From Candidatus Iainarchaeum sp. (GTDB taxonomy: Archaea; Iainarchaeota; Iainarchaeia; Iainarchaeales; JAZDFD01): DNA of 64,000 nucleotides. Position numbers and translations under genes: made by a program. The notes below the pieces were generated by a model. It did no database searches. It saw only the letters and a program-made list of their open reading frames with translations, and was not told the origin of the DNA. Of the stretch, positions 50,399-60,571 are shown one piece after another. The first letter of the stretch is position 1, and the number at the start of each line of letters is the position of its first letter. The stretch is taken from positions 1 to 64,000 of the forward strand of contig JAZDFD010000016.1 of NCBI GenBank assembly GCA_043808155.1, written 5' to 3'.

Positions 50399-53257
50399 AT
50401 GAAAAAGGTATTGTTAGCCGTATTTGTACTGTTTTTACTTATTGCATTCACTTCATCCGCATTCGCAATCCAGCAGTTAATGGCACTTCACGGACAGGTT
50501 ACTGATACTGGAAACCCAATAGTGAGCGGAAATTTAAGAGTTTACATTTATGATGATCCCACTGCAGGAAACCTAATTTATGATTCAGCTTCAGATTATG
50601 ATGGGTCAATTGTAAATGGAATTTTTGATGTAATGCTTGGAGATAATACAACACTTGACCTTAACTACGGAACTCATTACTACATGGATTTAGCTGTTGA
50701 TGGAACTGATTTAGATTTTGGTGCAAATGAAAGACAAAGATTTGAATCATCACACGGACTAGTACGAACAAATTCAATTATGGATGGTACAATTGCAAAT
50801 GCAGACATTGCATCAGATGCTGCAATTGCCTGGTCAAAAGTTTCAAAAACTGGTTCAAATCTTTCTGACATTGGCTGGGATTCTGATTTTAATACTGCAT
50901 TTGTTACAGAAGCAGATGGAAATAATTTATATGTTCTTCAAACAGATGGAAACACTTGGTATTACAATAGAACAGATGTGAATTCACTTTTTGTTAAACA
51001 AGCAGATGGAAATGTATGGTATCCGCGCTTAACAGAAAGTGAAACAATAACTGGAACTTGGGACTTTACAAACTCAACAACTTTTTCAGGTGGCTTTGGA
51101 AGTAATGGTGCAACAATCCAAGATGGAATTCTTTACGTACAATCAATTGTAATTGTAAATGATTTCAATGCTGCAACTGTTCAGGGAATTGACATTAACG
51201 GACATCACACTCCTTCAATTGACAACACATGGGATTTAGGTTCTGATACAAAAACTTGGAGAACAATTTACGGAACAGATGCAAACTTCACAACAATTTC
51301 AGTTCCTGCAGATGCAATCACTTGGACATTTGTAAATAAATCAGGGAGTAACTTAACTGACATCGAAACCCGAAACCATAATGATTTGCAGAGCATGGAT
51401 GGCGGAACAACTGCAGAATATTATCACTTAACAAACACGCAACACTCTAACTTAACTGCATTAAATGGTGTATGGGTTACAATAAATTCCAATTCAGGGT
51501 CAACTTCTGCAAACGCATTCCCTGACACATTAAACATTTATGGTTCTGACGACATTAATGTTTCAATTTCAGGAGACACAGTCACAATTGATTACAATGG
51601 TTCTGTTGCTGGTTCAATAACTGACACAAATTGGTCAACCTCATGGTCAGTATTTGATACAAATTTAAGTAATTATTACTGGAAACAATCTGATTTGAAT
51701 GCATATCTCCCACTAACTTATTACACTCAAACAGATGCAAACAATGTATTTGTAAAGATTTCAGATACTAACAACACAGGCAGATTAACCTACACAGTAA
51801 TCGCAGACGCACCATGGACTACATCTGACACAACAGGAATCCTGTGGGCAGAACTGGATGCACTGACACCATGGGCAGATGGAAACGTAGCAGATGACAT
51901 TACATTAACAAATCTGACACAAATAACAACAAGAGCATACAGCGATTTACAAGGAACGCCATACATTCCAACAGAAGCAGCAATAGATGCAAACGCACAA
52001 GCACTAATTAACGCATCTGACACAAACGCAGCAACAGCATGTGATAATCAGGAAGTACTCCTAGGTGACGGAACATGCCTGAGCAGATTCACATTAGACA
52101 CAAACATCGCTGCAGGCGCAACAGGAATCCTGTGGGCAGAACTGGATGCACTGACACCATGGGCAGATGGAAACGTAGCAGATGACATTACATTAACAAA
52201 CATTTCACAAATCACAACAAAACCAATCTGGTCATTAGGCAATGTAGCAGATCTAAACCTCGTATTTGTAAAACAAAGTGATGGAAATACATGGTACATA
52301 AAAACCGCAGACGCAAACACAGCAGGAAGATTAACATACACAGTAATCGCAGACGCACCATGGACTACATCTGACACAACAGGAATCCTGTGGGCAGAAC
52401 TGGATGCACTGACACCATGGGCAGATGGAAACGTAGCAGATGACATTACATTAACAAACGTAACCCAAATAACAAACAGAAACATATGGGACATGACAAA
52501 TGTCAGCGATTTAGCAATTGACACAAACGCAGCAACAGCATGTGATAATCAGGAAGTATTGCTGGGTGACGGAACATGCCTGAGCAGATTTGTACTGGAC
52601 ACTAATATAGCGGGGGGTAGCTCAACCGATAGTAATGTTTGGACAGATAAATTCTTAGATGATACAAATAAATTAGTTGCAGATTGGAATGCAGGAAATG
52701 TGGAACTTGAGGTTAGAGATATAAGTGTAGGAACTAATATAACTGTAAGAGGAAACATTAGTGCAGTTGGAGATCTAGATGTTATAGGAGATGCAAATAT
52801 TGGAACTTACTCTGCACCAAACCAACCAATGTTTAGAGCGTTTATGACTTCTGCAATGTCGGATCTAACTAATAATGTATGGACCGAAGTGAATATTGAT
52901 GATGACAGTGGTACTGTTGGATTTGACCCCAAAAATAAGTTTAACACTACAACTCATGCTTATACTCCTGTAGAAGAGGGATATTATTTAGTTTATGGTC
53001 AGGCTTATTGGAGCACTAATATTACAACTAACAAAAGATACAATTGTTCCATCTATAAAAATGGTGCATCTGTATCATTGGATAGTGTACATTCAAGTGA
53101 TGCTGCTGCTTATCTTATGTGCAGAGTTACAGATTTAATTTATTTAGATAGTAACGATTACATTGAATTCTATGTTAGATCATTATCTGGAGACAATACT
53201 GCGGATATTGCAGGCGGAACAACAGCAACATATTTCTTTGCCCACAAGATTTCATAA
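50399..53257 (+). CDS. Secreted fibre/adhesin-like protein with shuffled internal repeats and a C1q-like C-terminal domain
   Basis: Signal peptide; exact DNA repeats; C-terminal FRA...FNTTT..YTP..EGYYLV...IYKNG...LIYL...DYIEFYV...YFFAHKI. Confidence 0.78.
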   Translation: MKKVLLAVFVLFLLIAFTSSAFAIQQLMALHGQVTDTGNPIVSGNLRVYIYDDPTAGNLIYDSASDYDGSIVNGIFDVMLGDNTTLDLNYGTHYYMDLAVDGTDLDFGANERQRFESSHGLVRTNSIMDGTIANADIASDAAIAWSKVSKTGSNLSDIGWDSDFNTAFVTEADGNNLYVLQTDGNTWYYNRTDVNSLFVKQADGNVWYPRLTESETITGTWDFTNSTTFSGGFGSNGATIQDGILYVQSIVIVNDFNAATVQGIDINGHHTPSIDNTWDLGSDTKTWRTIYGTDANFTTISVPADAITWTFVNKSGSNLTDIETRNHNDLQSMDGGTTAEYYHLTNTQHSNLTALNGVWVTINSNSGSTSANAFPDTLNIYGSDDINVSISGDTVTIDYNGSVAGSITDTNWSTSWSVFDTNLSNYYWKQSDLNAYLPLTYYTQTDANNVFVKISDTNNTGRLTYTVIADAPWTTSDTTGILWAELDALTPWADGNVADDITLTNLTQITTRAYSDLQGTPYIPTEAAIDANAQALINASDTNAATACDNQEVLLGDGTCLSRFTLDTNIAAGATGILWAELDALTPWADGNVADDITLTNISQITTKPIWSLGNVADLNLVFVKQSDGNTWYIKTADANTAGRLTYTVIADAPWTTSDTTGILWAELDALTPWADGNVADDITLTNVTQITNRNIWDMTNVSDLAIDTNAATACDNQEVLLGDGTCLSRFVLDTNIAGGSSTDSNVWTDKFLDDTNKLVADWNAGNVELEVRDISVGTNITVRGNISAVGDLDVIGDANIGTYSAPNQPMFRAFMTSAMSDLTNNVWTEVNIDDDSGTVGFDPKNKFNTTTHAYTPVEEGYYLVYGQAYWSTNITTNKRYNCSIYKNGASVSLDSVHSSDAAAYLMCRVTDLIYLDSNDYIEFYVRSLSGDNTADIAGGTTATYFFAHKIS
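51791..52590 (+). repeat. Near-exact intragenic direct repeats
   Basis: An 82-bp unit occurs at 51831-51912, 52119-52200 and 52377-52458. Copies 1 and 3 extend to 122 bp (51791-51912 vs 52337-52458). A second unit (DTNAATACDNQEVLLGDGTCLSRF) starts at ~52019 and ~52520. Confidence 0.92.
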
Positions 53258-53274
53258 TTACTGAAGGTGATAAA

Positions 53275-53679
53275 ATGAGTGATGAATTAAAAGTTTCAAA
53301 AAAGAAAATAACATTAGCATTAGTGATTTTAGGAGCGTTAGTAATTGGTTTTGTTGCAGGAACATTTTTTGCACCAACTGCACCCGTTTCTGAAATTCAA
53401 TCGCAAACATACAACTTAACAGAAGAAGATAAACAATTCCTTCGGAATTTAGCAAATACAGAAGTTTCAGCAATTATCTCCCAATCCGCTCAAACTGATT
53501 GGTGCACAGTAAATGGCGGAATATGGAATCAAAGCACAGACGAAGGTTTCTTTGAGATAAATAAAGAAATTTCAGATGAATTAAAATCACAAGGTGTTAC
53601 AATCACAGAAACCGAAGGCAAATATTTTGCACCAGTAAGTTTTGTAAAAAGAGACGGATGTATCATTCCAAAAAAGTGA
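53275..53679 (+). CDS. Hypothetical membrane-anchored protein
   Basis: N-terminal TM helix, WC..NGG.W motif, AGGTGA RBS. Confidence 0.65.
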   Translation: MSDELKVSKKKITLALVILGALVIGFVAGTFFAPTAPVSEIQSQTYNLTEEDKQFLRNLANTEVSAIISQSAQTDWCTVNGGIWNQSTDEGFFEINKEISDELKSQGVTITETEGKYFAPVSFVKRDGCIIPKK

Positions 53680-53683
53680 TTGA

Positions 53684-54460
53684 ATGAAAAAAATACTCCT
53701 GATATTTGGATTGCTTATTGTAATGAACTTTGCATTAACTGATGATTCAAATTCAGGAGGTACTAATTCACTCCCTGACTTTAATGTAGAGGATTACAAC
53801 ATCCCGGATTTCAATATCCCCGACTTAAATGTGTCCAATACAAACATCATTGACTTCAACATTCCAGATTTAAACATCATTAATCCAATCCTTGACTTAA
53901 ATGCAATTGATTTCAATTCAATGTCTTTTGAATGCGAGTCACTTTCAATTTGTGATGAAAACACAATAATTTACTTCAATTGCTCTGATTTGAATATTTC
54001 AGACTTAAACTGCATTTGGATAAATCAGTTAGATGATTTGAATTACACGCATTACCTTGCTCAAGATGCATGTATTGAAGACCAAGGTTATGAAATTGAA
54101 GAAATTTCTGAAGATGGAAATGAAGAAGACACAAATGAATTGGAAGATGCAGCAACAACTGAAGACAAAACAGACAATTTAGAAAATGAAACATTAGACA
54201 TTGAAGAAACAGCTGACAAAACTATAGATGATACGAACACATTAAACTGGCTATTAAACGGGATTTTAGAAATTATTGAAGAAACAATTGATACTTTTGT
54301 TGACGAATTAATAACGCCCATTGTTGAAGCAATTTCAGGAGTTCCAGCACCAAAAGAATTCAAACTTGCAGAAAAAGACGTTCAGGTTGATGGAAAGTCT
54401 GCAAAATGCTTTGGAGTTGCATGTGATAGAATTCCAAAAAATTTAGGTGGTTCTGAATGA
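53684..54460 (+). CDS. Secreted acidic protein with (I/V)xD(F/L)N pentapeptide repeats
   Basis: Signal peptide followed by LPDFN-VEDYN-IPDFN-IPDLN-VSNTN-IIDFN-IPDLN. Confidence 0.7.
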   Translation: MKKILLIFGLLIVMNFALTDDSNSGGTNSLPDFNVEDYNIPDFNIPDLNVSNTNIIDFNIPDLNIINPILDLNAIDFNSMSFECESLSICDENTIIYFNCSDLNISDLNCIWINQLDDLNYTHYLAQDACIEDQGYEIEEISEDGNEEDTNELEDAATTEDKTDNLENETLDIEETADKTIDDTNTLNWLLNGILEIIEETIDTFVDELITPIVEAISGVPAPKEFKLAEKDVQVDGKSAKCFGVACDRIPKNLGGSE

Positions 54461-54774
54461 GGAAAGGACTAATAGTGTTGACATTGTTAGGTTTTCTTCT
54501 GTTTGGATGCTTACAAAATGCTCCTGAAAAATCAACTGATGAAAAAATATCAGAAGTCTTTAAAATAATGAGTGAAAAATATCCGAAGGATGAAATTCCG
54601 CAAATCACATTAATTGAAAATGCAGATGAATTAAAATCACAACAGCAAGTAATTTACAAAAATGCAGAAAACGGAATGTTCATTGTGCAGTGGCCTGACT
54701 TGTTAGTAATTTATGATTATGAAAATCAAGAAGTTGTGCAAGAACTTGCAATAACAAATGTAAATTTAGGTTAG
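54457..54774 (+). CDS. Small lipoprotein-like protein
   Basis: MRKG + hydrophobic stretch + FGC; E.P.I..I.NADELK.QQ..YKNAENG motif. Confidence 0.7.
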   Translation: MRKGLIVLTLLGFLLFGCLQNAPEKSTDEKISEVFKIMSEKYPKDEIPQITLIENADELKSQQQVIYKNAENGMFIVQWPDLLVIYDYENQEVVQELAITNVNLG

Positions 54775-54814
54775 TGTTTATTGAGTTGAATTAATGATTT
54801 TTGAGTTGAGTTTA

Positions 54815-56923
54815 ATGAGAAAATTTTTTTTAGTGTGTGTATTATTGCTGTTTGCATCTAATTGTTTAGCTTACACTGGTTCTGGTGGATCAATTGACCT
54901 GAACTTTGGACATGAATCTGACATTGGTTATTATGATGCTAATGGTGGAAATATTGACACTAATTTTATTGCAGGAGATGCACCAACAGGTATTTGGGTG
55001 GATGAAAATATTACTGCACGAGTGGGTGTTTATTTCGGTGCAAATGCTGCACCAACGGTAACAATAACTGCACCTGATGCAAATTATAGCACCACTAACA
55101 CCACTGTAACAATGACTTATGTTGGAACTGACAGTGACAGTTCAATTGCAAAATATTGGGTGAAATTAGATTCTTCTGACTGGGTTAGCAATGGAACTAA
55201 TTTGAGTTATGATTTCATTGCATTAATAGTGGGTGATCACACACTCTATGTAAAAGCAACTGACACTACCGATATCAATTCCTCTGAAGCAAGCGTAGAT
55301 ATAACAATCACTGAAGAACTCTGTGGCAATGGAACTTGCGATACAGGAGAAGACAGCACTTCATGCCCTGCTGATTGTGACGCTGGTGATGGAGGCGGCG
55401 GAGGCGGCGGAGGCGGCGGCGGCGGAGGAATCCCAAACCTCACTTTAAATGTCACAGGAGTTTGTGCAGGCTACCCAATAACTGCACTTGTGCTTGACAG
55501 AAAACAACTGCCAGTTGAAGGTGCAGAAGTAATTTTAAGAATAAACATTGGTGAACTAATAACAAAACTCACTGATGAAGAAGGAAAAGCATATTTCACA
55601 TTAGATTCCGGAACATACACGATTTGGGCTAAAAACGGATCTCAAACTACGCCCCCACAAAATCTAACAATTATTGATTGTGAAAGCGGTGCTAAGCCTA
55701 CAACTTTTGCAGTTCGACCTGAAAATATTAATGTTAGATTAAGACAGGGCGAAAGAAAAAGTGATTTTATTTATGTAAAAAATATAAGTGATGATACTCT
55801 TGAAATGACAATTGATTTATCTGATTTGCAAGGGTTTGTTCGTTTCATTGGCGGATTAAGTGAATACGATTTTCAAATTGATGTAAATCAGGAAAAAATA
55901 TTCGAATTAGAATTTAATATTTCCCAGGAAACAACACCAGGAAACTATGTAAAACAAATTATAATATCTAATGGAACAACTATCCAAGTAATTCCTGTTG
56001 CAATGAATATAAGTTCAGGCGGGGCATTATTTGATGTCTCAGTAGAGATTCCAGGAAAATACAAAACAATTTCTGCAGGTGAAGAACTTCTGGTGCAAGT
56101 TGAATTGTACAATTTAGGAAAAACAGGAAGAATAGATGCATTAATTGATTATGAATTAAAAGACATTTTTGGAAACACGCATTTGATTTCTCAGGAGATG
56201 CTTGCTGTTGAAACTAAGATGGCATTCACAAAATTTTTAATAATTCCATTTGATTCTGCACCAGGTGACTATTTCATTGTAATCACAGTTTCATATGATG
56301 ATGAGTTAGCAGTTGCAAGTGATAGTTTTTCAGTTACTGAGCCAATAGACGAAGAATTTGACATAATGCCTACTGTAACATTTGTTGGTTTAGCCATCGG
56401 AGTATTTATGATCTTGCTCTTCTTTTGGAGAAAAAGAACAAGCATCATAGACTTTATTTCTGAAAACATCAAAAAATTAAAAACAATAAAACACAGAAAA
56501 TCAATTGAGAAAAAAATTGAGAAAAAAGCAATTATAAAATCCATGTCTGCAAAACCACCAGTTGCAGAACCCATGCCAGAAACAAAACCAAAAGAAATTA
56601 ATCTGGAAAACATTTCAGAAAATCTGAGCATAGTTCATGATGCATATACTCACAACTTAATAACCCATGAAAACTATCTAAAAGATATCAATAACATAAT
56701 CTCTGATTTGGAAAGAGTAATAATGTTAAACTTCATGGAACAGGTAGACTTAAAGAAAACAAAATACGAATCTGAACATCCAGAGTATGAATTACAACTC
56801 ATGAAGCTTCTCCAAATGCAAAGAAGTCTTGTTGCAATTAGAGATGCATATGATTTACATCTAATAACTCTTGATTCATTTGAACCACACATAGCTGAGC
56901 TTATTGAGGAATTAAGCAGTTAA
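54815..56923 (+). CDS. Surface protein with Ig-like domains, Cys module, poly-Gly linker, TM helix and cytoplasmic helical tail
   Basis: Signal peptide; NAAPTVTIT; CGNGTCDTGEDSTSCPADC; 13-Gly tract encoded at 55391-55429; TM FVGLAIGVFMILLFFW followed by RKR. Confidence 0.8.
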   Translation: MRKFFLVCVLLLFASNCLAYTGSGGSIDLNFGHESDIGYYDANGGNIDTNFIAGDAPTGIWVDENITARVGVYFGANAAPTVTITAPDANYSTTNTTVTMTYVGTDSDSSIAKYWVKLDSSDWVSNGTNLSYDFIALIVGDHTLYVKATDTTDINSSEASVDITITEELCGNGTCDTGEDSTSCPADCDAGDGGGGGGGGGGGGGIPNLTLNVTGVCAGYPITALVLDRKQLPVEGAEVILRINIGELITKLTDEEGKAYFTLDSGTYTIWAKNGSQTTPPQNLTIIDCESGAKPTTFAVRPENINVRLRQGERKSDFIYVKNISDDTLEMTIDLSDLQGFVRFIGGLSEYDFQIDVNQEKIFELEFNISQETTPGNYVKQIIISNGTTIQVIPVAMNISSGGALFDVSVEIPGKYKTISAGEELLVQVELYNLGKTGRIDALIDYELKDIFGNTHLISQEMLAVETKMAFTKFLIIPFDSAPGDYFIVITVSYDDELAVASDSFSVTEPIDEEFDIMPTVTFVGLAIGVFMILLFFWRKRTSIIDFISENIKKLKTIKHRKSIEKKIEKKAIIKSMSAKPPVAEPMPETKPKEINLENISENLSIVHDAYTHNLITHENYLKDINNIISDLERVIMLNFMEQVDLKKTKYESEHPEYELQLMKLLQMQRSLVAIRDAYDLHLITLDSFEPHIAELIEELSS

Positions 56924-56972
56924 TTATAAACTGAAAAGCATGTGTAATTTTTCAAAAATTCTGTATTTCCAA

Positions 56973-57614
56973 TCAATATTTCAATTTAAAATTAACAACT
57001 GACGCTACCAGCAGCAATAATCCGAAAATTAAGAAATAAAAATTTCCTAATCCCGTATCTTCAAAGTAATCTAATTGATAACTCATTACATTGGATTCTT
57101 TATTAAAAGCAAGATTGTAGGCGCCTATGGGTGCATTGATTGTGGTCGTGATTATTTTGTTATATCCTGCAGCGAAATCCGTGTAAGTAAAAACCAAACT
57201 TTCCGCAGTTTCAGCAGACAAAGTCACTTTCTGTCCGACTGGTGCAACTGCCACTCCCCAAAGACTGTCTCCGTTGTTAACTGCAACTCCCTTAACAGTA
57301 TAAGATGCGATTATCTCATTATTGAATTCGTCAACATCCACATCCAAATCTTCAATTTGAATTGGTTGATTTTCCGGTTTAAAAATTCTCGCATAAGTAT
57401 TTAGGTTGGGGTACTGTTGCTTAAAAAGATTAAATGCGCTTGTAGTGAACGAAATTTGTTCATTAACTCTAGCGTCACCGTTTGACAAAATATTTATAGT
57501 GGATTTTTCATTCATTTCAAGCGAAACAGGATTTTCAGTTTCCAAAGCAAAAACACTGCTGGATAATAAAATCAAACTAACTGAAAGCAAAAGTGCTCTG
57601 TTCATTGTCATCAC
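56973..57614 (-). CDS. Hypothetical secreted protein with C-terminal membrane anchor
   Basis: Signal peptide ...VFA, an I.ILSNGDA.V strand and a C-terminal hydrophobic helix. Confidence 0.7.
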   Translation of the reverse strand: MMTMNRALLLSVSLILLSSSVFALETENPVSLEMNEKSTINILSNGDARVNEQISFTTSAFNLFKQQYPNLNTYARIFKPENQPIQIEDLDVDVDEFNNEIIASYTVKGVAVNNGDSLWGVAVAPVGQKVTLSAETAESLVFTYTDFAAGYNKIITTTINAPIGAYNLAFNKESNVMSYQLDYFEDTGLGNFYFLIFGLLLLVASVVNFKLKY

Positions 57615-59233
57615 GCTCCCACCACAAATGTTACAGCAATATCTTCCAACTCATTCATTGCAGTTTGTGTATTTGGATTCAATGTATCATACAGAAATGC
57701 AAATCCATAATTCCCTGCTTCAAAATATTTACCCACACCTTTACCTGTTTCTCCAGTAAAAGCCTGAAAGTTATAAGTTACGACAACTCCGTTATAATAA
57801 TTGGAAATATTTTCCTGACTGACCGATGTTGATTGCACATAACCAACAGTTGATAAAGCTGCTTCAACATAAGTACGCATGTTTTCTTTTGTTTCATTTG
57901 GTTCCCAACTAACTAAAAACTCACTTTTAGTGTCAGGAGACTGAACAAGAACTTCCCCCTCAACAGCGTGGTGAATTACCCAGTCAGAAGGATAAGTAAT
58001 AGCCCATTCAGGATTAGCATTTTGGTAAACCCGCATATTTTCTCCAACAATATCCGAAGCACCATCTGTATTAGATTGCCCTCCTGAAGTTGAATGTGTC
58101 TGAGTAAGTGTGTCTTTTACATTCCATTGCTCAAAAACATTTTCCGGTAATGTCTCCAATTGCGGAGGTGTGATTCCTGCTATTTGCAGAGACTTAATGT
58201 CCACTAAAATATTTGGACCCTGCATTGCATTATTGAATACTTGTTCCCCAACTTCAAGTGCTGTCTGAAAACTGGCGTGCTCATTTAACTGAGTAGATTC
58301 AATTATAACGATGTTTCCGCTTTCAGGAAGTCTTACTACAGGAAATGCGTGGCCTGGCATTAAAATAACATATGCGTCAAGACCCTGCGAAAGTGCAAGA
58401 GATGCAAAAAACAATGCAGTGTCAATGCACGTGCCTGATTTTTCTTTTAATACGTCCCTCGGATATTTAATAAATTGAGAGAATTTACCAGTCCAAAAAG
58501 CTTCGGGTTCGGTTTTATAAGCAATGTCATTTGCAACCGATAATGTCCACATTCCTTCAAGACTTCTAATCGCATCTTCATCAGACAATCTCGCTGCTGT
58601 ACCACCTGCAAGAGCATTACCCGCGTCAGCAAATTTCATTATTACTGGGTCTGAAGGAGTTGCCCATGCAGCCAGCAAGGGATAGTTACTTGCAACATCA
58701 TAAAATGAACCAGTACTTTCTTCCGGAGGAATGCTTGAGAAAATAAAATCATGAACTCCTAAAATGGAAACTGATTTACTGCCGGTTAATTCTTTTTCTT
58801 CACCATCTTTGTTTTTAGAATATGTAAATTTTACATTAATCTTTGAAGGAGTCGGACTTGTTAAATTTGTTAAGTCACTGGACAAAATAGGATAATACAA
58901 ATCCACAACCGTGCTACCGGGTAATAACATAGGATAAGTCTGTGTTTCACTCCAATCAGAATAGCCTGCTACATTATACTGCGGTTTCACGTTGTACAAT
59001 GGCCTGTCACCAGTATTTGAAATAATTGTTTTCGCAACCCACTGACCAAGCTTTTCATTGCTATAAATTTTATATGTGGCAGAAACAATATGTTCAGGAG
59101 TCAACATTTCATAAGAAAGTTTTCCTTCCCCCATAGGTTCGGAAGGTAAAAATGCAAAAATCAAAAAACAGAAAAGCGCAAGCAAAACCAAAAAACCAGA
59201 CACAATATTTCTAAGGTCAATTTTATGAATCAA
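57611..59233 (-). CDS. Membrane-anchored transglutaminase-like (Cys-His) domain protein with a C-terminal PsbP-like domain
   Basis: YPRDVL...SGTCIDTALFFAS, PGHAFP, IEST; C-terminal Y.N...WAITYPSDW. Confidence 0.75.
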   Translation of the reverse strand: MIHKIDLRNIVSGFLVLLALFCFLIFAFLPSEPMGEGKLSYEMLTPEHIVSATYKIYSNEKLGQWVAKTIISNTGDRPLYNVKPQYNVAGYSDWSETQTYPMLLPGSTVVDLYYPILSSDLTNLTSPTPSKINVKFTYSKNKDGEEKELTGSKSVSILGVHDFIFSSIPPEESTGSFYDVASNYPLLAAWATPSDPVIMKFADAGNALAGGTAARLSDEDAIRSLEGMWTLSVANDIAYKTEPEAFWTGKFSQFIKYPRDVLKEKSGTCIDTALFFASLALSQGLDAYVILMPGHAFPVVRLPESGNIVIIESTQLNEHASFQTALEVGEQVFNNAMQGPNILVDIKSLQIAGITPPQLETLPENVFEQWNVKDTLTQTHSTSGGQSNTDGASDIVGENMRVYQNANPEWAITYPSDWVIHHAVEGEVLVQSPDTKSEFLVSWEPNETKENMRTYVEAALSTVGYVQSTSVSQENISNYYNGVVVTYNFQAFTGETGKGVGKYFEAGNYGFAFLYDTLNPNTQTAMNELEDIAVTFVVGA

Positions 59234-59419
59234 ATAATCGCCATCTTAACAAGTTCTTTTTTAAATTATTAAAGTTATTTTTTAATTTGATATTTAATTC
59301 AATAAACTATTAACTGGTTAATAAAACTTGCTATTATCTAAAACTTGCTATTATATTATGTCCAATTGGACATCTGGCTGAAATTCATTATTATGAAATT
59401 CATTATTAAAATTACACAA

Positions 59420-60571
59420 CTAATTCATAAAAAATATGTATGCATAAATCCCTACTGCTGCAAGAATTAAAACAAAGCCAGCAATCACTTCCAGCTCAAT
59501 TTTGGCGACCTCAAATGTCAATTTCGTGCCCTCACAATCAAAAGCACCATTATTTGATTCAATCTGGCATGCCAAATCAAAATTTCCTGCAACATCTGAA
59601 AAAACCTGATAGTCAAAATAAACAACTTCATTGGGTCTCAAAACACCAATTTCCGTTGTTTCTTCACCAATTAAACCCAATGCAGAAGGTACCTTAAGAA
59701 TCAATTTAACATCTGAAATTGCTTCAGAACCGCTGTTTTTGACAATTGCACGTATTTTTGCATAATCTCCTACTTTTTTTATTGCTGATTCTTTGAAAAT
59801 ATATGCGTCTATTGGATTTTCAGATGATTTAACTGTTATCTCGGGATAATTTGAAAGGATTTCAACTCTGCCGCCAAATTCATTCTCAAAATGCACTACT
59901 GCAGATGGCAAAGTAAAATGTGCAGCAATTGTTGGTTTTATAGTGTATTCCAGTGTGATTGACTCGCCTGCTGCAAGAACACCTTCCCAGTCACTCTCTC
60001 CTTTCAAAACATTAAAACTAGTCACTCCGATTTGTTCTTCAACAACAGGTCGGATGTGTTTTATCTGAATTTCTGCATCTTTGCTTCCTGAATTTTCCGC
60101 AGTTATTGTTATGTTTAATTCCTCACCTAGCATCAATTCAGTTTTTTCAACTTCTTTTATGAATTTTTCTTTTGGCAAATAGGCTGTTTCATAAAATCCA
60201 AAATTACTTTCGTTATGTATAAGAACGTTACCGTAGTTGCAAATCTCAAGTTTATTATTTTCTTCTAAAAATTCCTGAAAATCAGAAATATACAAATGTT
60301 TAACACAAATCCCGTTATCACAAACAAAATCTCTTTCATAAAACTGACCAATTACATGATTATTAAGTGTAACAGGCGTAAACCAATCCTCACCTATGGC
60401 TTCTACTTTCAGTTCTAAAACACCAATATTCTTAGAATCTTCAAAATCTGTGTCTGGGAGCACTAAAAATACAAAATTAGAGCATTTCTGCAATTCCTCC
60501 TGTGTACTAACTGAATTTATCAGTAAAATCATTAAAAACGTTGTAAACATAACTTTGGCTATGCTGTTCAT
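59420..60571 (-). CDS. Surface protein with BatD/CARDB-like Ig domains and C-terminal TM helix
   Basis: ITITAENSG, LAAGES..LEY.I, LPSA.V, VKNSG; C-terminal TM helix. Confidence 0.7.
   Translation of the reverse strand: MNSIAKVMFTTFLMILLINSVSTQEELQKCSNFVFLVLPDTDFEDSKNIGVLELKVEAIGEDWFTPVTLNNHVIGQFYERDFVCDNGICVKHLYISDFQEFLEENNKLEICNYGNVLIHNESNFGFYETAYLPKEKFIKEVEKTELMLGEELNITITAENSGSKDAEIQIKHIRPVVEEQIGVTSFNVLKGESDWEGVLAAGESITLEYTIKPTIAAHFTLPSAVVHFENEFGGRVEILSNYPEITVKSSENPIDAYIFKESAIKKVGDYAKIRAIVKNSGSEAISDVKLILKVPSALGLIGEETTEIGVLRPNEVVYFDYQVFSDVAGNFDLACQIESNNGAFDCEGTKLTFEVAKIELEVIAGFVLILAAVGIYAYIFFMN

Noticed and set aside
51791-52590. Repeats as a CRISPR array or a DGR template/variable pair
   Set aside because: The units are 80-120 bp, in frame and irregularly spaced. 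Differences are not adenine-specific, and no cas or reverse transcriptase gene is in the window.
55391-55429. GGC/GGA microsatellite as a contingency locus
   Set aside because: It is a triplet repeat encoding an ordinary poly-Gly linker, so length changes would not shift the frame.
50399-56923. Prophage tail region
   Set aside because: The proteins carry signal peptides or TM anchors, and no capsid, terminase, portal or integrase genes are present.
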